Below are positions 1 to 10,906 of a stretch of DNA of 64,000 bases, piece by piece. The stretch is from Ancalomicrobiaceae bacterium (lineage in GTDB: Bacteria > Pseudomonadota > Alphaproteobacteria > Rhizobiales > Ancalomicrobiaceae). The stretch is from contig JARLIT010000076.1 in the NCBI GenBank assembly GCA_031291575.1, forward strand, positions 410 through 64,409, in the 5' to 3' direction. The position numbers were made by a program, and so were the translations under genes. The stretch's first letter is position 1. Every line of letters begins with the position of its first letter. The notes below the pieces were generated by a model, which saw nothing but the letters and a program-made list of their open reading frames with translations, made no database searches and was not told the DNA's origin.

Positions 1-874
1 TCTCGGAGAGGCGCGCGCATTCCCGTTCGCTCAGGTGGATGGAATGGCCGAACAGGCTGGTCGGCCCGAGGAGTCCGAAGCGGTCGTAGACGTCGGTGTA
101 GTCCTTCGCGTTCGGGAACAGCTCGGCGACACGAGCCATCTCCGCCTTTTGCTCGGAGAGATGCGTCTGCATCAAGCAGTCGGGATGCGCCTTCAACAGC
201 GCGCCGGAGGCCTCCAGTTGCGCTTCCGTCGAAGTGATGGCGAAGCGCGGGGTGATGGCGTAGCGCGCCCGGCCGCGGCCATGCCATTTGGCGAGTAGGT
301 CCTCGCTGTCGCGCGCGCCGGTCTCCGCATCGTCGCAGACGTTCGCCGGCGCGTTGCGGTCCATCATCGTCTTGCCGGTGACGAGCGCCATGTCGCGCGC
401 CTCGGCCGCGGCGAACAGCGCATCGGCCGCCGTCTTGTGCACCGATGAGAACACCAGCGCCGAGGTCGTGCCGTGCGCGACCAGACGGTCGAGAAACAGG
501 GCGGCCGCCGTCTCGGCGTGGCTGCGATCGCCGTAGCACGCCTCTTCCGGAAAGGTGAAGCGGTTGAGCCAGTCGAGGAGATCGTTGCCGGGCGCCGCCA
601 GCATGCGGTATTGCGGGAAGTGCACGTGGGCGTCGATGAAACCGGCGGTGATCAGCTTGTCGCCGTAATCCGTGGCCTCGAGCCGGCGATAGTCGACCGG
701 CAGTTCGGCACGCGCACCCGACCACAGGATGCGGCCGTCGTCGCCGATGACGATGGCTCCCCGCTCTTCGTAATCGTGGCTCTGCCGCTCTTCGTAATCG
801 TGGCTCTGCCGCTCGCCCGCGATGCCCGGATCGGCGTGGAAGCTCAACGTCCGACCGAAGAGAAGCTCACTCAT
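1..874 (-). CDS. guaD: Guanine deaminase, N-terminal ~290 aa; the 3' part runs off the window
   Basis: Absent from the ORF track because it is open at the window edge. My minus-strand translation from ATG 874 reads MSELLFGRTLSFHADPGI...GFIDAHVHFPQYRMLAAPGNDLLDWLNRFTFPEE...MQTHLSEQ. This is the amidohydrolase HxH metal motif in guanine-deaminase context. The ATG overlaps the stop of the upstream gene (ATGA). Confidence 0.85.
   Translation of the reverse strand, partial: MSELLFGRTLSFHADPGIAGERQSHDYEERQSHDYEERGAIVIGDDGRILWSGARAELPVDYRRLEATDYGDKLITAGFIDAHVHFPQYRMLAAPGNDLLDWLNRFTFPEEACYGDRSHAETAAALFLDRLVAHGTTSALVFSSVHKTAADALFAAAEARDMALVTGKTMMDRNAPANVCDDAETGARDSEDLLAKWHGRGRARYAITPRFAITSTEAQLEASGALLKAHPDCLMQTHLSEQKAEMARVAELFPNAKDYTDVYDRFGLLGPTSLFGHSIHLSERECARLSE
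761..808. repeat. Perfect 2 x 24-bp tandem duplication inside guaD (in frame)
   Basis: CCGCTCTTCGTAATCGTGGCTCTG sits at 761-784 and again at 785-808. It encodes ERQSHDYE twice on the minus strand. Confidence 0.95.
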
Positions 875-2127
875 TCCGCGACCTTAGCCCCCAAGTCGAT
901 GACGAACCGAACGAGCGCCTCGACCGCCAGTCCGAGGTCGGTCGGAGAGGTGTATTCCGCCGGATTGTGGCTGATGCCGTCGTGCGAACGAACGAAAAGC
1001 ATGGCGGCCGGGAAGGCCCGCGCCATGGCCTGCGCATCGTGGCCGGCACCCGACGGCAGGCGGCGGGCGCTTTCCCCGAGCGAGCCGACGGCTGCGGCCA
1101 GACCGTCCTGGAAGTCGGCGTTCATCGGGCAGGTCGGCACGTCGAGGAAACGCTCGATGCGGATCTTGACGCCGCGCCGCTCGGCCAGTTGGTCGGCCTC
1201 GTGGCGGATGCGGTCGATGGCGGCGAGCCGCGGCGCATCGCTGCCGGCGCGGATGTCGAGCGTGGCCTCGACCTCGCCAGGGACGACGTTGACCGCGCCG
1301 GGCTTCACCGTTACCCGGCCGATGGTGGCGACGAGGCTGCCGGTCCCCTGGCGGGCGATGCGCTCGATGATCAGCGAGAATTCGGCGAGCGCGGCGAAGG
1401 CGTCACGGCGCAGGGGCATCGGATTGGTGCCGGCGTGTCCCGCCTCGCCCTTGATGGTGAAGCGGAAGCGCGACTGGCCGGCGATGGAGGAGACGACGCC
1501 GAGGGCATCGCCCTGGTGCTCCAACACCGGTCCCTGCTCGATGTGCAGTTCCAGATAACCGATGACCGAGCCGGGCGGGATCGCCGCATCGCGGATGCGG
1601 GCGGGATCGCAGCCGAAGCTCTTCAGCGCGTCCTTCAGCTTGATGCCCTGGGTATCGGCCAGTTCCAGCCATTCGGCGCGGTAGCTGCCGGCGCAGGCGG
1701 AAGACGACGACAGGGCGGTCGGGAAGCGCACACCCTCCTCGTCGCCGAAGGCCAGCACCTCGATGCCGAACGGCAGGTCCTGCCCACGCTCCTTCAGTTC
1801 CGCGATAAGCGCCAGACCGGCGACGACGCCGAGGCAGCCGTCGAAACGGCCAGCATCGATGACACTGTCGATATGCGAGCCGATGAGGAGCTTCTTGTTG
1901 GCCTCGCGTCCCGGCCGGCCCGGGGCCAGGAAGCCCCTGACCGTACCGGTCGCATCCTGCGACACATCGAGTCCCAGATCGCGCATCCAGCCGGCAACCG
2001 CGTCGGCGGCGCGACGGTGCGCGGGCGACAGATACAGCCGCGTGATGCGGCCGGGTTCATCGGTGATGGCGGCGAGTTCGTCGAGCCGCGCGAGCACGCG
2101 AGCACCCAACTCCTGGGTGGAGATCAT
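871..2127 (-). CDS. M20 Zn-amidohydrolase of the allantoate amidohydrolase / carbamoylase family (AllC-like)
   Basis: Track ORF 871..2214. The conserved sequence begins at MISTQELGARVLARLDELA (ATG 2127). It carries GSHIDSV, DGCLGV and FGDEEG motifs and sits in a purine-catabolism context. Confidence 0.75.
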   Translation of the reverse strand: MISTQELGARVLARLDELAAITDEPGRITRLYLSPAHRRAADAVAGWMRDLGLDVSQDATGTVRGFLAPGRPGREANKKLLIGSHIDSVIDAGRFDGCLGVVAGLALIAELKERGQDLPFGIEVLAFGDEEGVRFPTALSSSSACAGSYRAEWLELADTQGIKLKDALKSFGCDPARIRDAAIPPGSVIGYLELHIEQGPVLEHQGDALGVVSSIAGQSRFRFTIKGEAGHAGTNPMPLRRDAFAALAEFSLIIERIARQGTGSLVATIGRVTVKPGAVNVVPGEVEATLDIRAGSDAPRLAAIDRIRHEADQLAERRGVKIRIERFLDVPTCPMNADFQDGLAAAVGSLGESARRLPSGAGHDAQAMARAFPAAMLFVRSHDGISHNPAEYTSPTDLGLAVEALVRFVIDLGAKVAE

Positions 2128-2137
2128 GACTGGACAC

Positions 2138-2671
2138 TCATGGAGACACTCTGTCCTCGATGCGGAAGCGGAAGATGCGGCAGACCTGACCGAGCGCGGT
2201 CGCAAACTCGACATCGTAGTCGTTGTCGATGCGCGTCTCGAAGGCGGCCAGGATCATGTCTTTGGTAGCCCCTTTGACGGCGAAGATGAAGGGGATGCCG
2301 AAACGCCGCTTGTAGTCTGCGTTCAAGTCGGAAAACCGCGCGTATTCGGCCGGCGTCAGGCTGCCGAGGCCGGCGCCAGCCTGTTCGCGCGTCGAATCGT
2401 CGGTCAAGTCGCCCCGGATCGCCGCCTTGCCGGCGAGATCGGGATGGGCGCGGATGAGCGCCAGCCGCGCCTCCTCCGGAGCGCTTTCGAGTGCTGCGAC
2501 GAAGCCGGCGATGAACGCCTCGCGGTCGGCGTAGGGTCGAGCCCTGGCCGCCCGTTCCGCCACCCAGGGCGAATGCTCGGCAATGTCGCCGAAACGGTCG
2601 ACGAATTCGGCGTCAGTCAGCCCGTTGACGGCCGCAGTCGTGAGACGGGTCACAGATACTTCGCCAGCCAT
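2138..2671 (-). CDS. uraD: OHCU decarboxylase (2-oxo-4-hydroxy-4-carboxy-5-ureidoimidazoline decarboxylase)
   Basis: The track ORF contains EHSPWVAERA, IRAHPDLAGK and PFIFAVKG, which are characteristic motifs. An alternative GTG start at 2653 would give a GTGA overlap with the puuD stop. Confidence 0.85.
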   Translation of the reverse strand: MAGEVSVTRLTTAAVNGLTDAEFVDRFGDIAEHSPWVAERAARARPYADREAFIAGFVAALESAPEEARLALIRAHPDLAGKAAIRGDLTDDSTREQAGAGLGSLTPAEYARFSDLNADYKRRFGIPFIFAVKGATKDMILAAFETRIDNDYDVEFATALGQVCRIFRFRIEDRVSP

Positions 2672-3834
2672 GCGCCGAGTTTCTTCCTGTCATCTGCGGT
2701 CATGCCGGTTTCGTTGCCGAGCGGCATCGTGTCGGTATCGACGGCCTGCGTCTTGATCAAGGGGGCGTAGCGCTTCACCGCCTCGAGCGTATCGAACTTG
2801 ATGCCCTTCGGCGCCTCGGTGAACCCTTCGCGCGTCGGATGCTCGGAATGGCAGCGGACGCAATGGGTCTGGGTGATGGCGACGATTTCGGCATCGGAAA
2901 CGGTCATGCCGGCCAGCGCCGGGTCCTGCTTCGGCAGGGTGAGATAGATCGCCAGGGCAATGCTGAGGGCGGCGATTTCCAACGCCCAGATCACCTTGCC
3001 GGCCGAATCGCCGGCCTCGTGGCGAACGAGGAAATGTCGGACCATGGCGCCGATGACGAGGACGAGGGCGACCAGGAGCCAGGACTGGGGGTGGTTGGTC
3101 AGCATCGGATAGTGGTTCGACACCATCATCAGGATGACCGGCAGCGTCAGGTAGGTATTGTGGACGGAGCGCTGCTTGCCGATGGCGCCGTATTTCGGAT
3201 CGGGCGCCTCGCCTTTCATCAGGCTGGCGACGGTTTTGCGCTGGTTCGGGATGATGACGGCGAAGACGTTGGCCGCCATGATCGTGCCGACGAAGGCGCC
3301 GACGTGGATGAGCGCGCCGCGTCCGGAAAACACATGGGTGAAGCCGAACGCCGCGGCGACGATCAGCACGAACACGGCGATGCCGAGGAGGGTCGTGTGC
3401 TTGCCAATCGGCGATTTGCACAGTCCGTCATAGATGAACCAGCCGGCGGCAAGCCCGACGACCGAGAGGGCGATCGCCTGCCAGGAGGCGAGCGGCAGCA
3501 CGCCGGGATCGATCAGATAGGCTTGCGGCTGCAGGTAGTACTGCACGATCAGCAGGGTGAAGCCGGAGAGGAACGTGAGGTAGGCTTCCCACTGGTACCA
3601 GATCAGGTCATCGGGCAGATGCTCCGGCGCGACGAGGTACTTCTCCACATGGTAGAAGCCGCCGCCATGCACCTGCCAGGACGTGCCGTAGACGCCGGGA
3701 TTCATTTTCTCCCGCTTCTTCAGGCCGACGTCGAGGCCGATGAAGTAGAAGGAGGCGCCGATCCAGCCGATGCCGACGACGATGTGCGCCCAGCGCACGA
3801 GCAGGTTCAGCCAATCTGCCGCGAAAGTGAGCAT
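2650..3834 (-). CDS. puuD: Membrane urate hydroxylase with C-terminal cytochrome c domain
   Basis: Multi-TM N-terminus (MLTFAADWLNLLVRWAHIVVGIGWIGASFYF) and a C-terminal CVRCH (CxxCH) haem-c motif. A Shine-Dalgarno (SD) sequence AGAGAGG lies upstream. Confidence 0.85.
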   Translation of the reverse strand: MLTFAADWLNLLVRWAHIVVGIGWIGASFYFIGLDVGLKKREKMNPGVYGTSWQVHGGGFYHVEKYLVAPEHLPDDLIWYQWEAYLTFLSGFTLLIVQYYLQPQAYLIDPGVLPLASWQAIALSVVGLAAGWFIYDGLCKSPIGKHTTLLGIAVFVLIVAAAFGFTHVFSGRGALIHVGAFVGTIMAANVFAVIIPNQRKTVASLMKGEAPDPKYGAIGKQRSVHNTYLTLPVILMMVSNHYPMLTNHPQSWLLVALVLVIGAMVRHFLVRHEAGDSAGKVIWALEIAALSIALAIYLTLPKQDPALAGMTVSDAEIVAITQTHCVRCHSEHPTREGFTEAPKGIKFDTLEAVKRYAPLIKTQAVDTDTMPLGNETGMTADDRKKLGAWLAKYL

Positions 3835-3982
3835 GGACCTCTCTTCTCAGGAACGGTCCGAAGCGGCGCACGCGGGTAGTGTCGTCCGGGCCCACAGGCC
3901 TCGCCCGAACCACCAGCCGCATCTCGCCGGAACGGAGAGACTTAAGCAATACTACGCAGAGCATCGCGTCGTCACCCGTCGA

Positions 3983-4903
3983 TCACCGATCTGGGACGAA
4001 AGGCTGACCGAGACAGGCGGGCGCCTGTGAGCCGCGCGCGCGGGTGCTCTTGGAAATGACGACCAATGCAAGAACCGTGACGATATAGGGCAACGACGAC
4101 AGGAACTGCGCCGGAACGCCGAGGCCGACGGCCTGCGCGACGAAGCCGAGCACGCCGACGGCGCCGAACAGGTAAGCGCCAACCATCACCCGCATCGGCC
4201 GCCAGGAGGCGAACACGACGAGGGCCAGTGCGATCCAGCCGCGCCCCGCCGTCATGTTCTCGATCCACTGCGGCGTATAGGCGAGCGACAGATAGCCGCC
4301 GGCAAGTCCGGCGCAGGCGCCGCCGAAGAGAACCGACAGGGTTCGCACCTGCACGACCGAGACGCCAAGCGCATGCGCCGAGGCATGGCTGTCGCCGACA
4401 GCGCGAATGACGAGGCCGGCGCGGGTGGAAAACAGCACATGGGAGACGATGATCGTGAGAGCGATTGACAGATAGACGAGCGGATCCTCGCCGAACACAA
4501 TCGGTCCGACGATGGGCAGATCCGACAGCCCGGGAATGGCCAGCCGTGCGAGCTTCACACCCGGTTGGCCGACGAAATTGTCGCCGATCAACCCGGAAAG
4601 ACCGAGCCCCAGCAGGGTCAGGGCGAGGCCGGTCGCCACTTGGTTGGAGACGAGCTTCAGCGTCAGGAAGGCGAAGATGGCCGCCATCATCGTGCCGGCC
4701 AGGATTGCGGCGATGACGCCGATGGCCGGCGAGCCGGTGACGAACGCGGCGCCGAAGCCGGCAACCGCGCCCATCACCATCATTCCCTCGACACCGAGGT
4801 TGAGCACGCCCGACCGCTCGGTGACGAGTTCGCCGACGCCGGCCAGGAGAAGCGGCGTCGATGCGGTGATGATGGTGAGGACGACTTCGACGAACGGGCT
4901 CAT
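3983..4903 (-). CDS. ABC transporter permease (BMP/CUT2 nucleoside-purine type, YufQ-like)
   Basis: Polytopic hydrophobic track ORF. It overlaps the upstream permease by 4 nt. Confidence 0.8.
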   Translation of the reverse strand: MSPFVEVVLTIITASTPLLLAGVGELVTERSGVLNLGVEGMMVMGAVAGFGAAFVTGSPAIGVIAAILAGTMMAAIFAFLTLKLVSNQVATGLALTLLGLGLSGLIGDNFVGQPGVKLARLAIPGLSDLPIVGPIVFGEDPLVYLSIALTIIVSHVLFSTRAGLVIRAVGDSHASAHALGVSVVQVRTLSVLFGGACAGLAGGYLSLAYTPQWIENMTAGRGWIALALVVFASWRPMRVMVGAYLFGAVGVLGFVAQAVGLGVPAQFLSSLPYIVTVLALVVISKSTRARGSQAPACLGQPFVPDR

Positions 4904-5997
4904 TCGGCACCCCCTGCCTGAGCGGTGGCGCGACGCCAGGAGATGTCAATGCGGTAGAGGATGAGCGTGTCGCAGGCGAGGATATAGAACAACAACAGTC
5001 CCTGGAACACGCGAGCCGCCTTGTCGGAAATGCCGAAGGCCGAATGGGCCTCCTCGCCGCCGAGATAGGAGACAGCCAACGCTAGCCCGGCGACGATGAC
5101 GCCGACCGGGTTGAGGCGGCCGAGGAAGGCGACGATGATGGCGGTAAAGCCGTAGCCGGGCGAAATGACCGGCTGCAGGATTTCACCAGGCCCGGCGATC
5201 TCGCAGATGCCGGCGAGGCCGGCAAGGCCGCCCGACAGCAGGAAGGCGAAGATCACCATGCGCTGCGGCGAGAAGCCGGCGAAGGCGCCGGCGCGCGGTG
5301 CCGTCCCCATCACGCGAACCTCAAAACCCGTCAGCGTCTTGGTCATCAGCACGCCGAGCGCCAGGGCCGCGAGGACGGCCAGCACGACGCCGTAGTGGAT
5401 GTCGGTCGTGCCGAACACCGGCAGCTTCTGCCAATCGGTGAAGGCGACGGACATCGGGAAATTGTGGCCGTGCGGATCGCGCCACGGCCCGCGCACCAGC
5501 CAGTCGAGCAGGAGTTGCGCGACATAGACCAGCATCAGCGAGGTCAGGATCTCGTTCGCCCCGGTCTTCACTTTCAATAGCGCCGGAATGAGGCCCCACA
5601 GGGCGCCGCCGATGATGCCGAGGATCAGCATCGAGACGATGGTCAGCGGCGACTGCCAGGAATTGAACAGGACGGGGATGGCCGAGCCGAACAGGGCGCC
5701 GATGGTCAGCTGCCCCTCGGCGCCGATGTTCCAGACGTTGGCTCGATAGGAGACCGCCAGGCCGGCGGCAATCATGATCAACGGCGAGGCCTTGATCGCC
5801 AGTTTCTCCAGTGACCAGGCATTGGTCAGCGGCTCGATGAAATAGACCCAGAGGCCTTTCAGCGGTGGCACGCCGAGCGCGGCGAAGATGATGAGACCGG
5901 TGACGAGCGTCAGCCCCACCGCAATGAGGGGCGAGGCGACGGCCATCACCTTCGACTGCTCGGGGCGTTTGATGAGATCAATGCGCAAGTCCGTCAC
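4900..5997 (-). CDS. ABC transporter permease (YufP-like)
   Basis: Polytopic track ORF that overlaps the ATPase gene's 3' end. Confidence 0.8.
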   Translation of the reverse strand: MTDLRIDLIKRPEQSKVMAVASPLIAVGLTLVTGLIIFAALGVPPLKGLWVYFIEPLTNAWSLEKLAIKASPLIMIAAGLAVSYRANVWNIGAEGQLTIGALFGSAIPVLFNSWQSPLTIVSMLILGIIGGALWGLIPALLKVKTGANEILTSLMLVYVAQLLLDWLVRGPWRDPHGHNFPMSVAFTDWQKLPVFGTTDIHYGVVLAVLAALALGVLMTKTLTGFEVRVMGTAPRAGAFAGFSPQRMVIFAFLLSGGLAGLAGICEIAGPGEILQPVISPGYGFTAIIVAFLGRLNPVGVIVAGLALAVSYLGGEEAHSAFGISDKAARVFQGLLLFYILACDTLILYRIDISWRRATAQAGGAE

Positions 5998-7564
5998 CTT
6001 CCCTCAATTTTTCCGCCACTTCGACCGCATGCGGGTCGCCCGTCGCACCACCCATGAGGAGGCCGATGCGCTCCATCGTCATCAGATGCGCGTCGAAGGC
6101 CGGCGACAGAAGCCCACGCGAGATGACGGCGATGCGCCCGGCAATCTCGAAGATCTCGTCGAGGTCCTGGCTGATGACGAGCACCGCCGAGCCCGATGCC
6201 GCCAGATCGATCAGCGCCTGCCGGATGAGCGCGGCGGCGCCGGCATCCACGCCCCAGGTCGGCTGGTTGACCACCAGTACGCTGGGGGCACGATCCAGTT
6301 CGCGCCCGACGACGAATTTCTGCAGGTTGCCGCCCGACAGCGCGCGCGCCTCCGGATCGGGCCGGCCCTTGCGGACGTCGAAATTCTCGCCGACCCGCAA
6401 TGACGTGGCCGAGGCCTCGCCGAAGTCGATGAAGCCGCCGGGGCGCCTGCCGCCGCCATCGGTCGAATGGCGGGTCAGAATGATGTTCTCCGATAATTTG
6501 AACGGTGGCACGGCGCCATGACCGAGGCGCTCCTCCGGCACGAAGCCGGCCCCGAGCGCCCGCCGCTGAGTGATCCCCAAGTTTCCGCAGGGCTTGCCAT
6601 CGATGACGACGGCTCCGGGACGTCCGACGGTCCGTTCGCCGGAGATGCAATCGAACAGTTCCGACTGGCCGTTTCCGGCGACACCGGCGATCGCCAGCAC
6701 CTCGCCGGCCCTGACCTCGAGCGACACTTTCTTCAACGATACGCCGAAGGGGCCGTCGGCCGGACATTCGAGGCGGTCGAGCCGCAGCCGCGTGCGCGTC
6801 TCGACGCGACCCTTGCCGCCGTGTACGGCGTGGATGTCGGCGCCGACCATCAGCCGCGCCAAGCTCGCCGCGGTCTCCTTGCGGGGATCGACCCGTGCGA
6901 CGACCTTGCCATGCCTGAGGATGGTGGAGGCGTGGCAGAGCCGCTTTACCTCTTCCAGCCGGTGGCTGATGTAGAGGATGGCGCAGCCTTCGCCGGCAAG
7001 CCGCTCCAAGGTCACGAACAGCTGGTCGGCCTCTTGCGGGGTCAAGACCGCGGTCGGCTCGTCCATGATGAGAAGACGCGGTTCCTGCAACAGACAGCGC
7101 ACGATCTCGATGCGCTGGCGCTCGCCGACGGACAGATCGGCGACGATGGCCGAGGGTTCGAGCGGCAGGCCGTAGCTCGCGGACACGCGGGCGATCTTCT
7201 CGGCGAGTTCGCGCATCTTCAGCCCGGCCGGCAGGGCGAGCGCGATGTTCTCGGTCACGGAGAGCGCCTCGAACAGCGAGAAGTGCTGAAACACCATGCC
7301 GATGCCGAGTTTGCGGGCCTCCGCCGGGCTCGATACCGTCATCGGCCCGCCGTTCCACAGAAAGTGGCCGGAGGTCGGACCGAGCGAGCCGTAGATCATC
7401 TTGACGAGCGTCGACTTGCCGGCGCCGTTTTCGCCAAGGAGCGCATGGATTTCGCCCGGGGCGACTTTCAGATCGACGTGATCATTGGCGACGAGCGTGC
7501 CAAACCGCTTCACGATGCCGCAGGCTTCCAACAGCGGCACAACCGTCTCATCCGTCACGCCCAT
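5978..7564 (-). CDS. ABC transporter ATP-binding protein with duplicated ATPase domains
   Basis: Walker [10 protein letters not shown], signatures LSVGERQR and LSGGNLQK, two nucleotide-binding domains. The track ORF starts at GTG 7579 (a GTGA overlap with the xdhC stop). ATG 7564 (MGVTDETVV) preceded by GAGGAA is the more likely start. Confidence 0.85.
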   Translation of the reverse strand: MGVTDETVVPLLEACGIVKRFGTLVANDHVDLKVAPGEIHALLGENGAGKSTLVKMIYGSLGPTSGHFLWNGGPMTVSSPAEARKLGIGMVFQHFSLFEALSVTENIALALPAGLKMRELAEKIARVSASYGLPLEPSAIVADLSVGERQRIEIVRCLLQEPRLLIMDEPTAVLTPQEADQLFVTLERLAGEGCAILYISHRLEEVKRLCHASTILRHGKVVARVDPRKETAASLARLMVGADIHAVHGGKGRVETRTRLRLDRLECPADGPFGVSLKKVSLEVRAGEVLAIAGVAGNGQSELFDCISGERTVGRPGAVVIDGKPCGNLGITQRRALGAGFVPEERLGHGAVPPFKLSENIILTRHSTDGGGRRPGGFIDFGEASATSLRVGENFDVRKGRPDPEARALSGGNLQKFVVGRELDRAPSVLVVNQPTWGVDAGAAALIRQALIDLAASGSAVLVISQDLDEIFEIAGRIAVISRGLLSPAFDAHLMTMERIGLLMGGATGDPHAVEVAEKLREGDGLAH

Positions 7565-7575
7565 ACTCCAATTCC

Positions 7576-8571
7576 TCACTCACCCGCCCGCCGGACCGTT
7601 ACGGCACCCGGCAGGGTGCGCTCGTCGGCGGCGATGCCAGCGCGCACAGCCTCGTCGCGCAACAACAGTTCCACCACGACGCCGGCAGCGATCACCGCCG
7701 GCAATTTCGATTTGAGCCCGACGCTGCCGACCGGGCAAACCAGTTCGCCGACCTTGTCGGCCGCGATGCCGGCCTCACCGAGGCGCCGGACGAAGCGGGC
7801 GCGCTTGGTCGCCGAACCGATGACGCCGACATAGGCGACATCGGGGGCGCGCAGCGCGGCTTCGGCGAGCGCCAGATCGAGCGCATGGCTGTGCGTCATG
7901 ATCAGCACGAATGTGCCGGACTTGACCGAGGCCAGCGTCGCCACCGGATCGACGGGCGCCACCATCGTCACGTTCGACGGGGCGGCGGCCGGGAAAGCGT
8001 CGGGGCGCGGGTCGATCCAGACGACGCGGAACGGCATCGGCGCCAGCGCCAGGACGAGGGCTCGCCCGACATGGCCGGCACCATAAAGAAAGAGCGTGCG
8101 CTCGTCATCGCCGAACGTCTCGACGAGGCGGTCGCCCTGCAGCGAAACCGGCTCTGCCGCCGGTCCGGGCAAGCGTTGGCGCGGCCCGCCGATACGGCGC
8201 TCGGTCGAAAAGCGCCCCAACGCCTCGGCCTCGGCAAAACCGTCGACCACCGGCAGATCGGCGGCACCGAATGCCTCCAGCATCAACTTGACCCTGCCGC
8301 CGCAGCATTGCCCAAGTTCGGGACCGAGCGCGAAGGACATCAGCCGGAATGAGGCGTCCGCGGCGGGCCCCGCCAGCAGCCGCTGCGCTTCGGCGATCGC
8401 CCGCCATTCGAGCGTACCGCCGCCGATGGTGCCGAAGAAGCCACCGTCGGCACCCACTGCCATGCGGGCACCGGCCTCGCGCGGTGCGGAGCCATCGACC
8501 GTGACGACGGTGACGAGCACCGCCCCGCCGGTCGAGCGCACGCAGTCGCCGAGGGCCGTCCAGACGCGCAT
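7576..8571 (-). CDS. xdhC: Xanthine dehydrogenase accessory/maturation protein
   Basis: The N-terminus [23 protein letters not shown]...GTIGGGTLE is typical of XdhC, and the gene follows xdhB directly. Confidence 0.85.
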   Translation of the reverse strand: MRVWTALGDCVRSTGGAVLVTVVTVDGSAPREAGARMAVGADGGFFGTIGGGTLEWRAIAEAQRLLAGPAADASFRLMSFALGPELGQCCGGRVKLMLEAFGAADLPVVDGFAEAEALGRFSTERRIGGPRQRLPGPAAEPVSLQGDRLVETFGDDERTLFLYGAGHVGRALVLALAPMPFRVVWIDPRPDAFPAAAPSNVTMVAPVDPVATLASVKSGTFVLIMTHSHALDLALAEAALRAPDVAYVGVIGSATKRARFVRRLGEAGIAADKVGELVCPVGSVGLKSKLPAVIAAGVVVELLLRDEAVRAGIAADERTLPGAVTVRRAGE

Positions 8572-8572
8572 G

Positions 8573-10906
8573 TCACTTGCCCTTCATCGCCTTGACGGCG
8601 CGCATGATGGCTTCCGGCGTCGCCGGTGCGTCCAAGGGTGGCACCACGCCCGGTTTCAGGCTCGTCAGCGCATCCGTCACGGCCGAGAACACCGAGACCG
8701 CCAGCATCAACGGCGGCTCGCCGACCGCCTTCGAGCGATAGATCGTGTCGACACGGTTGCCGCCCGAGGAAAACAGTTTCACGCGGAAGTCGGCCGGCAC
8801 GTCTGATGCCGTCGGGATCTTGTAGGTCGACGGCGCGTGGGTCCTTAGCCTGCCCTCGGCATCAAACACCAATTCTTCGGTAGTGAGCCAGCCCATGCCC
8901 TGCACGAAGCCGCCTTCGATCTGGCCGATGTCGATGGCCGGGTTCAGCGATGCGCCGCAGTCGTGCAGGATGTCGATGCGATCGACGCGCATTTCGCCCG
9001 TCAGCGTGTCGACGGTCACCTCCGCGCACGCCGCGCCATAGGCGAAATAATAGAACGGGTTGCCGGTCTTGGTGTCACGGTTCCAGGTGATGCCCGGGGT
9101 CGCGTAGTAGCCGGTGTCGGACAGAGCCACGCGGGCGAGATAGCACTTCTTCGCCAATTCCCCGAAAGCGAGCGACTGGTTGCCGCCGAACACGCGGCCA
9201 TCAGCAAAGCGGACCTCGTCGAGCGGGACGCCGAAGATGCCGGCGGCAACCTCGGCCATGCGGCCGCGGATCTTGTCGACGGCGACCTTCGCCGCCATGC
9301 CGTTCAGGTCCGAGCCGGAAGAGGCGGCGGTCGGCGAGGTATTCGGCACCTTCGCCGTCGTCGTGGCAGTGATCTTCACCTGATCGAGGGTGACGCCGAA
9401 TTCCTCCGCCACCACCTGCGCCACCTTGATGTAGAGCCCCTGCCCCATCTCGGTGCCGCCGTGGTTCACCATGATCGAGCCGTCGGCATAGACATGCACC
9501 AGGGCGCCGGCCTGATTGAGATGGGCGAGCGTGAAGGAGATGCCGAACTTCAACGGCGTCAGCGCCAGACCCTTCTTCAGCACCCGGCTCGTCGCGTTGA
9601 AGGCCGAGATCGCCCGGCGGCGCGCCCGGTAGTCGGACGAACGCTCCAACTCGTCGACCAACTCGTGGATGATGTTGTCGGTAACCGTCATGCCGTAGGG
9701 CGTGGTGCCACCGGAGCGCGGATAGAAGTTCTGTTTCCGGAGATCGAGCGCATCGCGGCCGAGCGTGATCGCCAGCGCGTCGATCATCCTTTCCGTGAAC
9801 ACGATGCCCTGCGGTCCGCCGAAACCGCGGAACGCCGTATTGGTGACCGTGTCGGTTTTCAGTCGACGGGACAGGATGTGGGCCGCCGGATAGTCATAGG
9901 CGTTGTCGGCATGGAACATGGTGCGGTCGATGACGCCGAGCGACAGGTCGGCCGAATAGCCGCAACGGGCGAGGAAGGCGACGTCGACGCCGAGAATGCG
10001 GCCGTTGCCGTCGTGCGCCACCATCCAGTCGACGCGCATGTCGTGCCGCTTGCCGGTCATGATCATGTCGTCGTCGCGGTCGAGGCGGAGTTTTGCTGGT
10101 TTGCCCGTCATGCGCGCGGCGAGCGCCGCGATGACGGCCCATTGCGTCGCCTGGCTTTCCTTGCCACCGAAGCCGCCACCCATGCGCCGACATTCGGCGA
10201 CGACGGCCGCATCCGGGATCGCCAGGACCTTGGCGACCATGTGCTGCACCTCGGTCGGATGCTGGGTGGAGGTGAGGACGAGGAGATCGCCGTCCTCCAT
10301 CGGCACAGCGAGCGCGGCCTGCCCCTCGAGGTAGAAATGCTCCTGACCGCCGACGCGGATGGTGCCGGACAGTCTGACCGGCGCCGCGTCGATTGCTGCC
10401 GCCGGATCGCCCTTGACGAAGGTGTAGTCGGGCAGGACGGTGGAGTTGCGGGCGATCGCTGCCTCGACGTCGACCGCGGGCGGCTCGGCCGCGACATCGA
10501 CCCGGCCGAGTCGTGCGGCCTTGCGGGCCGCTTCGCGCGTTTCGGCGACGACAGCATAGACGACCTGGCCATGGAACAGGATCTCGCCCGTTGCCAGCAC
10601 GGGATCGCCTCCGATCGACGGCGAACAGTCATTCGTGCCGGGAATGTCGGCCGCAGTCAACACCGCGACGACACCCGGATAGGCCCGGACAGCGGAAAGA
10701 TCGACGTCGAGGATCTTGCCGCGAGCGGCGGAGCGGGCATAGCCGGGAGCGACATGCAGGGTGCCGGCGGGCTCTCGGATGTCGTCGATGTATTGGGCGG
10801 CGCCCTGCACCTGCTTGACGGCCGAATCGTGCGGCGCCGAGCGGCGCGCCACCGCCAAGGGCTCGGGCTCGGATGGAGCGCTCGTCGGATCAGGCAACGC
10901 GTTCAT
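8573..10906 (-). CDS. xdhB: Xanthine dehydrogenase molybdopterin-binding large subunit
   Basis: 777-aa track ORF with aldehyde-oxidase/xanthine-dehydrogenase hammerhead and MoCo-binding regions (GGGFGGKE, ...GEPP...). Confidence 0.9.
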   Translation of the reverse strand: MNALPDPTSAPSEPEPLAVARRSAPHDSAVKQVQGAAQYIDDIREPAGTLHVAPGYARSAARGKILDVDLSAVRAYPGVVAVLTAADIPGTNDCSPSIGGDPVLATGEILFHGQVVYAVVAETREAARKAARLGRVDVAAEPPAVDVEAAIARNSTVLPDYTFVKGDPAAAIDAAPVRLSGTIRVGGQEHFYLEGQAALAVPMEDGDLLVLTSTQHPTEVQHMVAKVLAIPDAAVVAECRRMGGGFGGKESQATQWAVIAALAARMTGKPAKLRLDRDDDMIMTGKRHDMRVDWMVAHDGNGRILGVDVAFLARCGYSADLSLGVIDRTMFHADNAYDYPAAHILSRRLKTDTVTNTAFRGFGGPQGIVFTERMIDALAITLGRDALDLRKQNFYPRSGGTTPYGMTVTDNIIHELVDELERSSDYRARRRAISAFNATSRVLKKGLALTPLKFGISFTLAHLNQAGALVHVYADGSIMVNHGGTEMGQGLYIKVAQVVAEEFGVTLDQVKITATTTAKVPNTSPTAASSGSDLNGMAAKVAVDKIRGRMAEVAAGIFGVPLDEVRFADGRVFGGNQSLAFGELAKKCYLARVALSDTGYYATPGITWNRDTKTGNPFYYFAYGAACAEVTVDTLTGEMRVDRIDILHDCGASLNPAIDIGQIEGGFVQGMGWLTTEELVFDAEGRLRTHAPSTYKIPTASDVPADFRVKLFSSGGNRVDTIYRSKAVGEPPLMLAVSVFSAVTDALTSLKPGVVPPLDAPATPEAIMRAVKAMKGK

